Shown in pieces: positions 29,524 to 38,223 of a stretch of 54,682 nt of DNA (within the stretch, counting starts at the first letter, position 1; the number at the start of each line of letters is the position of its first letter). The translations under genes were made by a program, and so were the position numbers. The stretch covers positions 1 to 54,682 of the forward strand of contig JAHFHF010000010.1 of NCBI GenBank assembly GCA_023247055.1, read 5' to 3'. Source of the DNA: Candidatus Omnitrophota bacterium. GTDB lineage: Bacteria > Omnitrophota > Omnitrophia > Omnitrophales > Aquincolibacteriaceae. Below the pieces are notes generated by a model. The model had not been told where the DNA came from and made no database searches. It worked only from the letters and a program-made list of their open reading frames with translations.

Positions 29524-30018
29524 TCAGATTTTCAGGACCCCAACTTTTTTGCCCGCCACCGAAAAATCACCGAGGACGGCTTTGGAGAGCCGCAAAAAAT
29601 CTGCGGCCGCGATCCGGACCGTTTCCCAGTGATTGCCTGCATTGAAGTAAAGATCGTCCGCATCCCGCAGACTGCGGTCCAGCAAGCACGGTAAGCCGTA
29701 AAGCTTTCCAAAGGGCGGCATGGCCCCTGCTTCGCAATCGGGGAACAAATCCACAAACTCTTTTTCTCCCTCCACGCGGACGTCCTGCGTTCCTAAGGCG
29801 GTACTCAGTTTGAAAAGGTCAACCGTCCGGCTGGCAGGCAAAACAATCATCGTATCCACGCCCCCGGCCTTAACCATCACCGCCTTGGCTACTTTTTTCC
29901 CGGAAACATGCTCTGCTTCTGCGGTCTGTGACGCCGTAAATGTCTGCGTGTGAACCTGCACGTCAAAATCGACTTTGTGTTTTCTTAAAAACTTGATCAG
30001 CCGTTTGGGAAGTTCCAT
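29524..30018 (-). CDS. YbaK/EbsC-family aminoacyl-tRNA deacylase
   Basis: VAKAV, FPDCEAGAMPPFG, YFNAGNH; GGAGG RBS. Confidence 0.9.
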   Translation of the reverse strand: MELPKRLIKFLRKHKVDFDVQVHTQTFTASQTAEAEHVSGKKVAKAVMVKAGGVDTMIVLPASRTVDLFKLSTALGTQDVRVEGEKEFVDLFPDCEAGAMPPFGKLYGLPCLLDRSLRDADDLYFNAGNHWETVRIAAADFLRLSKAVLGDFSVAGKKVGVLKI

Positions 30019-30045
30019 TTTAGCACCCTCCTTCTTTTTGCGTAT

Positions 30046-30088
30046 AAACTAATCCATCCGCACGATAAAGGCTGTGATGAATGTCACT
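30046..30088 (-). promoter_or_regulatory. CRP-type box with class II promoter for the ybaK-dehydrogenase-cytochrome unit
   Basis: TGTGA-tgaatg-TCACT (30073-30088); TAGTTT -10 at 30051-30046. Confidence 0.75.
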
Positions 30089-30131
30089 AAGAGTGATCCT
30101 CCATTGCGTCGTCATCGTCTTTCCCTCTTCC

Positions 30132-30437
30132 TTACTGCCACGAAGGCGTGATCAGAAACAAAGCCAGCGGTTTTTTTTGCTCACTCAGCTCAACCGATGA
30201 ATCCCCCAGGACAGTCTTTTCCGCTTTTTCGGTGCAAAGGTGATGTTCATCGCAAAATTCATAGCGCTGCCGGACATTCTCGGCCCGGATTTCCGCACCG
30301 GCCGCCGTTTGTTTTCTCATGGCTGCTGCATAGCTTTGGCTGTAATGATCGGCAAGGGTTATGGCCCCGGCTCCCCCGCCATACCCGGTAAAACTTCCCA
30401 GGGCTATTGCGATTAACAAAGTCGTGAAGATCTTCAT
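30132..30437 (-). CDS. Small exported hypothetical protein with a CDEHHLC motif
   Basis: AAGGAGG RBS, signal-like N-terminus, own CRP-type promoter. Confidence 0.7.
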   Translation of the reverse strand: MKIFTTLLIAIALGSFTGYGGGAGAITLADHYSQSYAAAMRKQTAAGAEIRAENVRQRYEFCDEHHLCTEKAEKTVLGDSSVELSEQKKPLALFLITPSWQ

Positions 30438-30472
30438 AACAGCCTCCTTTTGTGATCTCTCTTTACGCTTAT

Positions 30473-30515
30473 AAACTACAGAATTTACTGCCGCAGCGCT
30501 GTGACGCGGATCACA
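30473..30515 (-). promoter_or_regulatory. CRP-type box with class II promoter for the 101-aa protein
   Basis: Perfect TGTGA-cgcgga-TCACA (30500-30515); TAGTTT -10 at 30478-30473. Confidence 0.78.
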
Positions 30516-31006
30516 CCCCTCTTTTTTGCCTTGGACCGGCGGAGGGTTATCTTCTCGGCTTTAGTCAACCCTTGGGCGGCCGGCGTCAAAACACTTTGGT
30601 TCTCAAACTCAAAGTGATGGCGCAGAAGTGCGGTAAGATAGATCCCTTGGTTATAAATTCTTCCGCAGTCCGGGGTACGAGGCGCGGCCTTGATTCCTGA
30701 AGCCGATTTCTGCAGGACTTCGCAGCACCTCCGGATGTCCTGGTGTTCCGCTTTTAAAAGCTGAATGGCCAGCTCATAACGCGGAATATGGCGCTCAAAA
30801 AAAGGAAAGATAACTCTTTCCTGAACAGAAATGTGCTTTTTAAGGCTGCCGTATAAAATCCGGACAGACTGTTCGACTCGCCGGATATTTCGCCTCTCCT
30901 GCAAGCGGCCTTCATACCGTAATTGGGTTAAAGCGCTATACAGCTTTTCAGATTGCAGGAACAAAGCACGAATTTCGCGGGCGAATAAACGGTGCGGGTT
31001 AGCCAT
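30485..31006 (-). CDS. Hemerythrin/HHE cation-binding domain protein
   Basis: HISVQERVIFP, LKAEHQDI, LRHHFEFENQSVL; AGGAGG RBS. Confidence 0.8.
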   Translation of the reverse strand: MANPHRLFAREIRALFLQSEKLYSALTQLRYEGRLQERRNIRRVEQSVRILYGSLKKHISVQERVIFPFFERHIPRYELAIQLLKAEHQDIRRCCEVLQKSASGIKAAPRTPDCGRIYNQGIYLTALLRHHFEFENQSVLTPAAQGLTKAEKITLRRSKAKKRGVIRVTALRQ

Positions 31007-31027
31007 AGGGGCCTCCTGTCACGGACA

Positions 31028-31070
31028 AGCGTACAGGCAGACCGGTTTACCGGCTGTGATAAAAGTCACT
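31028..31070 (-). promoter_or_regulatory. CRP-type box with class II promoter for the hemerythrin gene
   Basis: TGTGA-taaaag-TCACT (31055-31070); TACGCT -10 at 31033-31028. Confidence 0.72.
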
Positions 31071-31094
31071 GGATAGGAATGTCCTCAGAGGCCG

Positions 31095-31781
31095 CTATTG
31101 GCGGGAGGGATCGAGCAATTTTTCGAGAGCTTCTTTGTCGCGGACAATGATCTGGTAGGGTTTGACGTCAATAAGTTTTTTGCGTTTCAAGTCTGAAATG
31201 TGGCGGGCCACGGTTTCCCGTGCTGTTCCTAAGCGCTGCGCAATTTCTTCGCGCGTCGATTCAATAAAAAGGATGTCGCTTTTAGGCGCCGTCTGATGCT
31301 TGTGGGCCAGCATGTCTAAAAGAAATTTGATCAGGCGCTTTTTGGTGTCTTTGAGCGTTACCTCTTCAATGATATTGCTGAAGCACTGCAGGCGCCGGGC
31401 AAACAATTCGTTCAAAGCATGCATCAGTTTGGAATTGTTCCGCACCATTTCCACATAATTTTTCCGGGACAAAAACCATAGGCGGCTGTCGGCAAGAATT
31501 TCAGCATTGGACCCGCATTGCCAGGCCAGTTCACCCGGGTTGCAGGCACAGGTATCGCCAGGCCCCAAAATCTCAAAAATCTGTTCCTTCCCTTGAACCG
31601 AGGTCCGGTAAACTTTGACACGGCCGTTTCTGACAAAAAAAAGCGAAGTGCATTCGCCGCCTTCGCTGTGGACGATCTCGCCTTTTTTAAAGTTTTTCTC
31701 AATCAGGCAGGTTTCAAGGGCCGCAAGCTCTGAACGCGAAAGGTCATGAAAGAAAGGGATATCTTTGATTTCAAGCGGCAT
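31095..31781 (-). CDS. Crp/Fnr-family transcriptional regulator, Cys-rich
   Basis: cNMP-like barrel (GRVKVYR, GKEQI, GPGD), HTH TREEIAQRLGTARETVAR. Confidence 0.93.
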   Translation of the reverse strand: MPLEIKDIPFFHDLSRSELAALETCLIEKNFKKGEIVHSEGGECTSLFFVRNGRVKVYRTSVQGKEQIFEILGPGDTCACNPGELAWQCGSNAEILADSRLWFLSRKNYVEMVRNNSKLMHALNELFARRLQCFSNIIEEVTLKDTKKRLIKFLLDMLAHKHQTAPKSDILFIESTREEIAQRLGTARETVARHISDLKRKKLIDVKPYQIIVRDKEALEKLLDPSRQ

Positions 31782-31837
31782 TGTAAGGATTATCTTACAT
31801 GCGGCAGACCTGTCACGCCACTTTTTTTCATGGGTCG

Positions 31838-31953
31838 CGTCTATCGCAGAGACTAGAACATCGAACGCCTAAGGGCGTTTGTATGTTCTTGCCTCTACGT
31901 CTATCGCAGAGACTAGAACATCGAACGCCTAAGGGCGTTTGTATGTTCTTGCC
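31838..31953. repeat. 60-bp-period hairpin tandem duplication (2 x 56 bp exact)
   Basis: 31838-31893 = 31898-31953; stems agaacat/atgttct and aacgcc/ggcgtt. Confidence 0.93.
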
Positions 31954-31988
31954 CTTTTCTTTAGGCTTAAAACTCATTATGATGCCTC

Positions 31989-33155
31989 ATGCTCCCCGCG
32001 CTTTTAATTTTATTTTCCGCCGGCATTGGACTATGGCTTTTTCGCAGCCGCGTGGCCCTTGAAACCCTGTATGGCGTACCCTCCGTCCCGCTTTTAAACC
32101 CGTCGCCCGCCGAACCCAGCAGCGTCACCGTCGTGATACCCGCGCGCAACGAGGAAAAGAACCTGCCGCAATGCCTGCGTTCGCTGGAAGTCCAACTTGA
32201 TTCGCAAACGCAGTGCCTCGTGATCAATGACCGCTCCACGGATGCGACCGAAATGATTTTACAGCGCGCCGGCTTTAGCGAAATCGCCGGCAAGCCGAAT
32301 CTGAGTTTCAAACGCTACGTCCATGTCCGGCAAAACCCGCCGGAAGGCTGGACGGGGAAAAATCATGCTCTGACTTGCGCCGTACCCTACCTGTCCGGCG
32401 GCTGGCTGCTTTTTACAGACGCGGACACGCTGCATCAGTCTTCCGGGATCCGCTCAGCCATCGTGCATGCAGAAAAAAACGGGCTGGATTTACTGACGCT
32501 GACGCCGCGTTGTTTGACCGGCTCATTCATTGAACGCCTGGTCCAACCCACGGCCATGGCCATGATGGGGCTGTGGTTTCCGCTGACGCGTGTCAATGAC
32601 CCTCAAAAACCAGACCATTTTGCCAACGGCCAGTACCTGCTTATCCGGCGGGATCTTTACGAAACTCTGGGCACGCACGCCGCGGTGGCACATGAATTCC
32701 TGGAAGATTTCGCGCTCATGAAAAAAGCAAAGCAGACGGGAGCGCGCACCGCCTGCCATTGGGGACAAGAAATTTACGGCACGCGCATGTATCACAATTT
32801 ACGAGAGCTCTGGCGCGGCTGGCGCCGCATTTACCGCCATGCCTTGGATTGTTCCGTACCTCTCATTCTGGTCCGGCTGGCAGGACTGCTGACGGCATCT
32901 GTGCTTCCGGCCATCGGCCTGGCATGGCTCTTCGTACATGCCGCACCTGAAAATCCACTCTGGAAGCCTGCTGTTTTCCTGGGAAGCCTCTGCATGATTC
33001 TGATCACCGGCGTGACGGTCAAAACTTACCGCACGCTGCAAACCCCCTGGGCCTACGCATTTCTCCATCCCGTGGCGGCTCTCATTGTGGCAGGTATTCT
33101 GGTCGATGCGCTGCGCATCTCTCTTTTGAATCTGAAGACGCGATGGCGTGAATGA
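31989..33155 (+). CDS. Membrane GT2 glycosyltransferase (CrtQ/HpnB-like)
   Basis: VIPARNEE, GWTGKNHA, FTDADT, NGQYLL, LEDF; N- and C-terminal TM helices. Confidence 0.85.
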   Translation: MLPALLILFSAGIGLWLFRSRVALETLYGVPSVPLLNPSPAEPSSVTVVIPARNEEKNLPQCLRSLEVQLDSQTQCLVINDRSTDATEMILQRAGFSEIAGKPNLSFKRYVHVRQNPPEGWTGKNHALTCAVPYLSGGWLLFTDADTLHQSSGIRSAIVHAEKNGLDLLTLTPRCLTGSFIERLVQPTAMAMMGLWFPLTRVNDPQKPDHFANGQYLLIRRDLYETLGTHAAVAHEFLEDFALMKKAKQTGARTACHWGQEIYGTRMYHNLRELWRGWRRIYRHALDCSVPLILVRLAGLLTASVLPAIGLAWLFVHAAPENPLWKPAVFLGSLCMILITGVTVKTYRTLQTPWAYAFLHPVAALIVAGILVDALRISLLNLKTRWRE

Positions 33156-33198
33156 CGTGCCGCCAACAGCGGCACACGGCTAGTAGTCGTTGCTCGTC

Positions 33199-33303
33199 TC
33201 CCCCACCTTGATCCTCCCCCGAAAAGCACGGGGGAGGAAATAATGATGATGAGTTCTCTTTTTCTCCCCCCGTGCTTTTCGGGGGGAGATCAAGAAGGGG
33301 GAA
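33199..33303. repeat. REPIN-like inverted doublet, copy B
   Basis: cccccaccttgatcctcccccgaaaagcacgggggagg ... cccgtgcttttcggggggagatcaag, between convergent genes. Confidence 0.88.
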
Positions 33304-33313
33304 GCGTTTCGGA

Positions 33314-34423
33314 TTAGACCTTGGTGACGAGATAGCCCTGATCGACGGCGTAGCGCAGCAGTGTGCGCAGGAAAGGTTTGCCGGTTTTGGGAAAGGAAAG
33401 GCCGACTTTTTGCAAAGCGGTTTGCGTATTTGAAGTATCAAATGTCAATTCATCATTCAGGTAGCCGAGATACGGCGAAAGCATGTCATAGATAAACTGC
33501 TGTTCGGGTGCCAGCGATTCACGGCTGAACGTCGCCGGGTCTACCACTTCCACTTCGGCCAGGTCCGGATAATCTTCCAGTTTTTGCTCGATCAGCATCC
33601 CGATCATGGGCGGCTCCGGAGTCACCAAATGAAACGCACGCCCTAGAAATTCATCGTGTTCGGAGATACGCAGCGCGGCTTCCACGACATAATCGATCGG
33701 CACAATGTTGAACGAGTTTTCCAGCCGCGTGGGCAGGATGCGGAGCATGCCGTGCGCAAAAAGGCGCATGAACGGGTAAATCACATTGAATTGCGAGACC
33801 GCGCCGGTCTGCGAATGCCCTACCACAATGCTGGGACGGAAAATCATGCCCTTTAAACCTTCGGCCAGGGCCGCCCGCACAAGCGTTTCAGCTTGGTACT
33901 TACTCGACTCGTAAAAATTGGCAAACACCGGCTGGGCCGGAAGTTCATCTTCCCGCGAGTGATACTTTTGCCGGCTGCCGGCCGCATAGGCTGTGCTGAA
34001 ATAAAAAAACCGTTCCAACCGGCCCTTGGCCGCCAGAAACTGCGCAAGATCCAGCGCATGCCGCGTACCGCCGAGATTAATCCGTTCGCAGTCTTCCTTG
34101 GATCCATTCAGGCTCGTCAAAGCCGCAATATGAAAAAACCGCTGCACGTCGCGGCCAAGCAAATCCAGATCCTCGGGCCCCAGACCAAAGTTAGGCAGCG
34201 TTACGTCCCCGGACAAAATTTTCAACCGGCTGCGGGTTTGCAGCGAGACGGCGGAATTCTCCAAAAGCTTATGCACGCGCGCCTCAGCGCTCAGTTTGCG
34301 GCTGGAACGCGCCAGCACATACACCGGCCCTCCGGCTCCACGCTCCAGCAGCGAACGCAGCATTTCCTGGCCCAGGGTCCCGGTGACGCCGGTCAGAAAA
34401 ATCCCCTGCCGGTCAATAGTCAT
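33314..34423 (-). CDS. Extended SDR, fatty acyl/thioester reductase-like (NAD_binding_4)
   Basis: LTGVTGTLG, GDVTLPNFGL, HIAA, STAY, YESSK, RPSIVVG. Confidence 0.85.
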   Translation of the reverse strand: MTIDRQGIFLTGVTGTLGQEMLRSLLERGAGGPVYVLARSSRKLSAEARVHKLLENSAVSLQTRSRLKILSGDVTLPNFGLGPEDLDLLGRDVQRFFHIAALTSLNGSKEDCERINLGGTRHALDLAQFLAAKGRLERFFYFSTAYAAGSRQKYHSREDELPAQPVFANFYESSKYQAETLVRAALAEGLKGMIFRPSIVVGHSQTGAVSQFNVIYPFMRLFAHGMLRILPTRLENSFNIVPIDYVVEAALRISEHDEFLGRAFHLVTPEPPMIGMLIEQKLEDYPDLAEVEVVDPATFSRESLAPEQQFIYDMLSPYLGYLNDELTFDTSNTQTALQKVGLSFPKTGKPFLRTLLRYAVDQGYLVTKV

Positions 34424-35699
34424 AGTGCCTCAGGGCCAGACAAATATTCTGTCCGCCGAATCCGAAGGAGTTTGAAATGGCGGTGCGGACCGGCATGCGG
34501 CGGGCTTTATTGGGTACATAATCCAGATCGCATTCGGGGTCCGGCTCATCAAAGTTGATCGTCGGCGGGACAACCGAATCTCTCATTGCCATGAGGCAGG
34601 TAATCGCTTCCACGACGCCGGCGGCGGCAATCATATGCCCCAGCATGGACTTAATCGAACTGACAGGGATGCGTGCGGCGTTTTCCTGGAAAACTTTTTT
34701 AATGACACGCGTTTCGATGGCGTCATTGACACTGGTGGCCGTGCCGTGCGCATTAATGTAATCAATGTCTTCCGGCTTCAGGCCCCCTTTTTCAAGCGCC
34801 CGGCGCACCGCCTCGGCGCCGCTGCGGCCTTCGGGGTCCATGTCCGTCAACCGGTAAGCGTCCGCGGTCGAGCCATACCCTACGATTTCGCCGTAGATTT
34901 TGGCGCGGCGCCTGAGCGCATGCGACAATTCTTCCAGGATGACCACCCCCGCGCCTTCGGCCATGACAAACCCATCCCGGTTTTTCTCAAAAGGCCGGGA
35001 TGCTTTTTCGGGAGTTTCATTGCGCTTGGAAAGAACAGTCAAAACGCTGAAGCCCGCGATACCCAGCGGATAAATCATGGAGTGCGAACCACCGGACATG
35101 ACAATGTCCGCCGAACCTTCTTTGATCCACTCGTAAGCTTCGCCCATGGCTTGCGAGGAGGCTGCGCAGGCCGTCAGGCAATTCGCGACCGGCCCGCGGA
35201 TATCAAAGTGCCGCGCCAGATGCGTTACCGTCATAAAAGGCTGATGTTCCAGTTCACGCAGCGGATTGAGGCGCTCCAGCGAGCCGCTCACATACTTGTC
35301 TTTATCGAGGATGCCATCCGGACCCCAGGACGACGCAATCGTATCGACAAAAGCGTCGAAATCATGGCCGCTGTCGCCGGCACCGAAATAAATACCGAAA
35401 CGCTCCGGCTTGGTACTGAAAAGACGCAGGCGCGAATCGCGGAAAGCTTCTTCGGCCGCTTCCAGCGCAAAAAAAGTTGCGCGGCCGGCCTCGCGCAGCG
35501 CCGGGTCCTTGATTTTCCAACGCTCGAAATCAAGACCCCGCACTTCACCGGCAATACGCGTCGGAAAACCCGCGGCATCAAAGACGGAAATAGGACCGAT
35601 CCCGGATTTACCGGCCAGCAGATTGGCCCAGGTTTCGCGCACAGACAAACCCAGCGGCGTGACCATGCCCATCCCCGTAACAACGACGCGCCGTTTCAC
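34413..35699 (-). CDS. fabF: Beta-ketoacyl-ACP synthase II (active KS)
   Basis: TACAAS (Cys), NAHGTAT, KSMLGH, NSFGFGG. Confidence 0.92.
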   Translation of the reverse strand: MKRRVVVTGMGMVTPLGLSVRETWANLLAGKSGIGPISVFDAAGFPTRIAGEVRGLDFERWKIKDPALREAGRATFFALEAAEEAFRDSRLRLFSTKPERFGIYFGAGDSGHDFDAFVDTIASSWGPDGILDKDKYVSGSLERLNPLRELEHQPFMTVTHLARHFDIRGPVANCLTACAASSQAMGEAYEWIKEGSADIVMSGGSHSMIYPLGIAGFSVLTVLSKRNETPEKASRPFEKNRDGFVMAEGAGVVILEELSHALRRRAKIYGEIVGYGSTADAYRLTDMDPEGRSGAEAVRRALEKGGLKPEDIDYINAHGTATSVNDAIETRVIKKVFQENAARIPVSSIKSMLGHMIAAAGVVEAITCLMAMRDSVVPPTINFDEPDPECDLDYVPNKARRMPVRTAISNSFGFGGQNICLALRHYDY

Positions 35700-36976
35700 C
35701 GGTGCACCACCAGACTGGCATTTTGCCCGCCAAATCCGGACGAATTAAACAAAAAAAGATCGGAGTCCACGCGGCGTGCGGCTTTTTTCACAATCGGCAG
35801 ATGACAATGCGAGGACGGCTTTTCAAAATTGGCGAGCGGCGGCACGACCTGGTCGCGCAGGGCCAGCAGTCCGGCCGCGATTTCAATGCCGCCGGAGGCG
35901 TACACACTGTGGCCGGTAATGGGTTTCACGCCCGTCACCGCCAGCCGGCTGAAGTTTTTTTCGAAAATCATACCGATGGCCATCGCTTCCTGGTCGTCCT
36001 CGCACGGGATGCCGCTGCCGTTGGCCATAATGAAATCTACATCCGAGGGATCGACCGCACTCTGCTCGAGGGCCCGCTTCATGGCCAAACGCTTGCCTTC
36101 ATAATCTTGCGGTTCGCGCGGATCACAGTTAAAGTCAGACGCATCGCCATAACCCAAAATTTCACCGTAAATTCTGGCGCCGCGGGCCAGCGCATGTTCT
36201 TTTTCTTCCAGCACCAGAAGTCCCGCGCCTTCCCCTAAAATCAAGCCATCATGGCGCTCGTCAAATGGACAATAGGCCCGGTCCGCCGGGTCGTCGCGGC
36301 GCGAAAGCAGGCCGAGCAGTTGAAAGCGGGAAATTCCGACGGGATTAATTTTAGAGTCTGTGCCGCCGGCCAGCATCAGGTCCGCATCCCCGCGGCGGAT
36401 CACGCGCAGAGCCTCGCCAATCGCCTGTGCGGCGGCCGCCGATGACGTTGTGACCGTATTGCTGGGTCCTTGGAAACCATGCGCGATGCCGACATGACAG
36501 GCCGGCATGTTGGGAAGATACTTCAAAAACCACAGCGGAAAAAGCGCGCGCATGCCTTCTTCACCGAATTTTTTTAAACTGAATTGCCCGCTGGCATCCA
36601 AGGACGCGCGTACGCCGCTGCTCATTTCATCGATGTCCGTATTAAGGACACCGGCGCCGAGCGAAATGCCGTAACGGAAGGTATGGGCCGGGTCCGGTTT
36701 AAAACCCGCATCCTGCAGGGCGAGATGGCTGGCGGCTACAGCCAGCTGGATCTCGCGCGACATCAGCTTGATCTGCTTGCGCTGGGCCACAAACGCTTCG
36801 GGCTGAAAGCCGCGGATCGCGCCGGTACGCGGAAACGCAATGCCGCCGGCCGCCGGTTCCGGCGACGGCGCAATCACGGATTCGCCGCTTACAACGGCTT
36901 TCCAATAGGCCTCCAAGCCGATTCCTGCCGGCGTGACCATGCCAATGCCGCTGATGACCACGCGTCGTTGACTCAT
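35696..36976 (-). CDS. Catalytically degenerate KS (chain-length-factor-like)
   Basis: KS fold, but Cys is replaced by Ser (TTSSAAAAQA) and the first His by Asn (MANGSG). Confidence 0.8.
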   Translation of the reverse strand: MSQRRVVISGIGMVTPAGIGLEAYWKAVVSGESVIAPSPEPAAGGIAFPRTGAIRGFQPEAFVAQRKQIKLMSREIQLAVAASHLALQDAGFKPDPAHTFRYGISLGAGVLNTDIDEMSSGVRASLDASGQFSLKKFGEEGMRALFPLWFLKYLPNMPACHVGIAHGFQGPSNTVTTSSAAAAQAIGEALRVIRRGDADLMLAGGTDSKINPVGISRFQLLGLLSRRDDPADRAYCPFDERHDGLILGEGAGLLVLEEKEHALARGARIYGEILGYGDASDFNCDPREPQDYEGKRLAMKRALEQSAVDPSDVDFIMANGSGIPCEDDQEAMAIGMIFEKNFSRLAVTGVKPITGHSVYASGGIEIAAGLLALRDQVVPPLANFEKPSSHCHLPIVKKAARRVDSDLFLFNSSGFGGQNASLVVHR

Positions 36977-37425
36977 AGAACCGGGCTCACAGCACCACCG
37001 GTTATTTTTTCGCGGATGCGGTAGTGGTCCATAAAACGGGGGTGAAAAGTGACAGAAGCGCCGGAAGCTGGATTGAGTTTTCCGGCATTGACCAGTAAAA
37101 GCCGCGACTCGGCGAGGATTTGCCGGCCGGCACTGACACGGGCTAGAAACCAGCCGCCTTCGGGCCGGACGTCCTCGGCGCGCGCTTCAATCAAAACCGG
37201 AGTACCGGCCGCGGGCAGAACATTGAAAACCGCATGGTCAATTTTTGCAAAAACCAAATCGTCTTTGAAATCTTGCAGGGAACCCAGTGTCAGGCCGGCG
37301 GTCTGAGCCATCATTTCCATCAGGAGGAGTTCGGCACCGGCGTCTGTTTCAGGAATTAAAGCCGCAGCGGATGCTTTCTGGCCCCGTTCAATGTGCAGGA
37401 CTTCCTGAAGCAGGTTCCAGCGCAT
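36973..37425 (-). CDS. FabZ/hotdog-fold protein lacking the catalytic HFP motif
   Basis: LLMEMMAQTAG, FAKIDHAVF; no DHFP. Confidence 0.65.
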   Translation of the reverse strand: MRWNLLQEVLHIERGQKASAAALIPETDAGAELLLMEMMAQTAGLTLGSLQDFKDDLVFAKIDHAVFNVLPAAGTPVLIEARAEDVRPEGGWFLARVSAGRQILAESRLLLVNAGKLNPASGASVTFHPRFMDHYRIREKITGGAVSPVL

Positions 37426-37428
37426 GCG

Positions 37429-37821
37429 TCAGGCATTCGCTTCTTTGGTCACGCGGTCTTTCAGATAATCGATGACCATGTGGACCGTAAAAAAATCAGC
37501 GAGTTTGGACAACTCCGGATCTTTGGCAAACGCATCGACATTCAGATAGGGCAGTTTTTGACGCAGCTCTTCAAGGCCTTCGGGGGTGACGCGCCCCGCC
37601 AGCACAAAACGCTCCTGATTGAGAATATGGCCGGGAAAAAGTTCGCCGCTGGGGATCTTGATGTTGAAGGCTTTTTCCAGCCGGAACAAAATATCAATAA
37701 AATCAATGGATTCCGCGCCCAGGTCGCGCACCAGCGACGATTCCATTTGAATCTCGGAGGCATCCACCCCCAGCGCACCGGCCAGCGTTTCCTTCACTTT
37801 TTCAAAAATCTCATGCTCCAT
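37429..37821 (-). CDS. Acyl carrier protein with an internal insertion (130 aa)
   Basis: DLGAESIDFIDILFRLEKAFNIKIP (phosphopantetheine Ser), C-terminal TVHMVIDYL. Confidence 0.88.
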   Translation of the reverse strand: MEHEIFEKVKETLAGALGVDASEIQMESSLVRDLGAESIDFIDILFRLEKAFNIKIPSGELFPGHILNQERFVLAGRVTPEGLEELRQKLPYLNVDAFAKDPELSKLADFFTVHMVIDYLKDRVTKEANA

Positions 37822-37851
37822 TGCCTTATCCCTCCCCTTAAAACGTTACGC

Positions 37852-38223
37852 CTAATTGTCTAACTCAACCCATAGCCGCGCCGAAACAGCCGGACGCTCC
37901 TGCGCATTCAATTGGGCGGTCCAGCCGCCCGCATCGCCGGCAATCCGGCTCACCCGGCTTTCCCAGGATTCGCCGGGCCGTAAAAAATGCTGGAACTTGA
38001 CCGTCTGCATCCGGGCCAGACGCATTTTCAGACGCACTCCCGGTTCCGGTCCAACGCAGCGTTCAATCTGCTCTTTCAAAATTTCTAGCGCCAGCACTCC
38101 CGGCAAGACTGCAAAACCGGGAAAGTGGTCTTGAAAAACTTCCAGGTCTGCCGGAATCGTGCCCCGGCAGTGTATTTTTTCGCCGGGAACATGCTCCACA
38201 ACTTCCTGGATCCAAGCACTCAT
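37852..38223 (-). CDS. FabZ/FabA-like 3-hydroxyacyl-ACP dehydratase
   Basis: FQDHFPGFAVLPGVLALE, VKFQHFLRPG; ATGA overlap with the methyltransferase stop. Confidence 0.85.
   Translation of the reverse strand: MSAWIQEVVEHVPGEKIHCRGTIPADLEVFQDHFPGFAVLPGVLALEILKEQIERCVGPEPGVRLKMRLARMQTVKFQHFLRPGESWESRVSRIAGDAGGWTAQLNAQERPAVSARLWVELDN

Noticed and set aside
31802-31817. Fourth CRP box (autoregulatory); also a lone TGTGA at 30451
   Set aside because: Only one half-site matches and the -41.5 geometry is absent
27738-33155. Genomic island integrated at tRNA-Glu
   Set aside because: No integrase, no duplicated tRNA 3' end, and the accessory genes lie on the 5' side of the tRNA
34635-35804. Long antisense ORFs (389 aa here; also 7975-8958, 18972-19778, 43065-43721)
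   Set aside because: Shadow frames opposite well-conserved genes in GC-rich coding DNA
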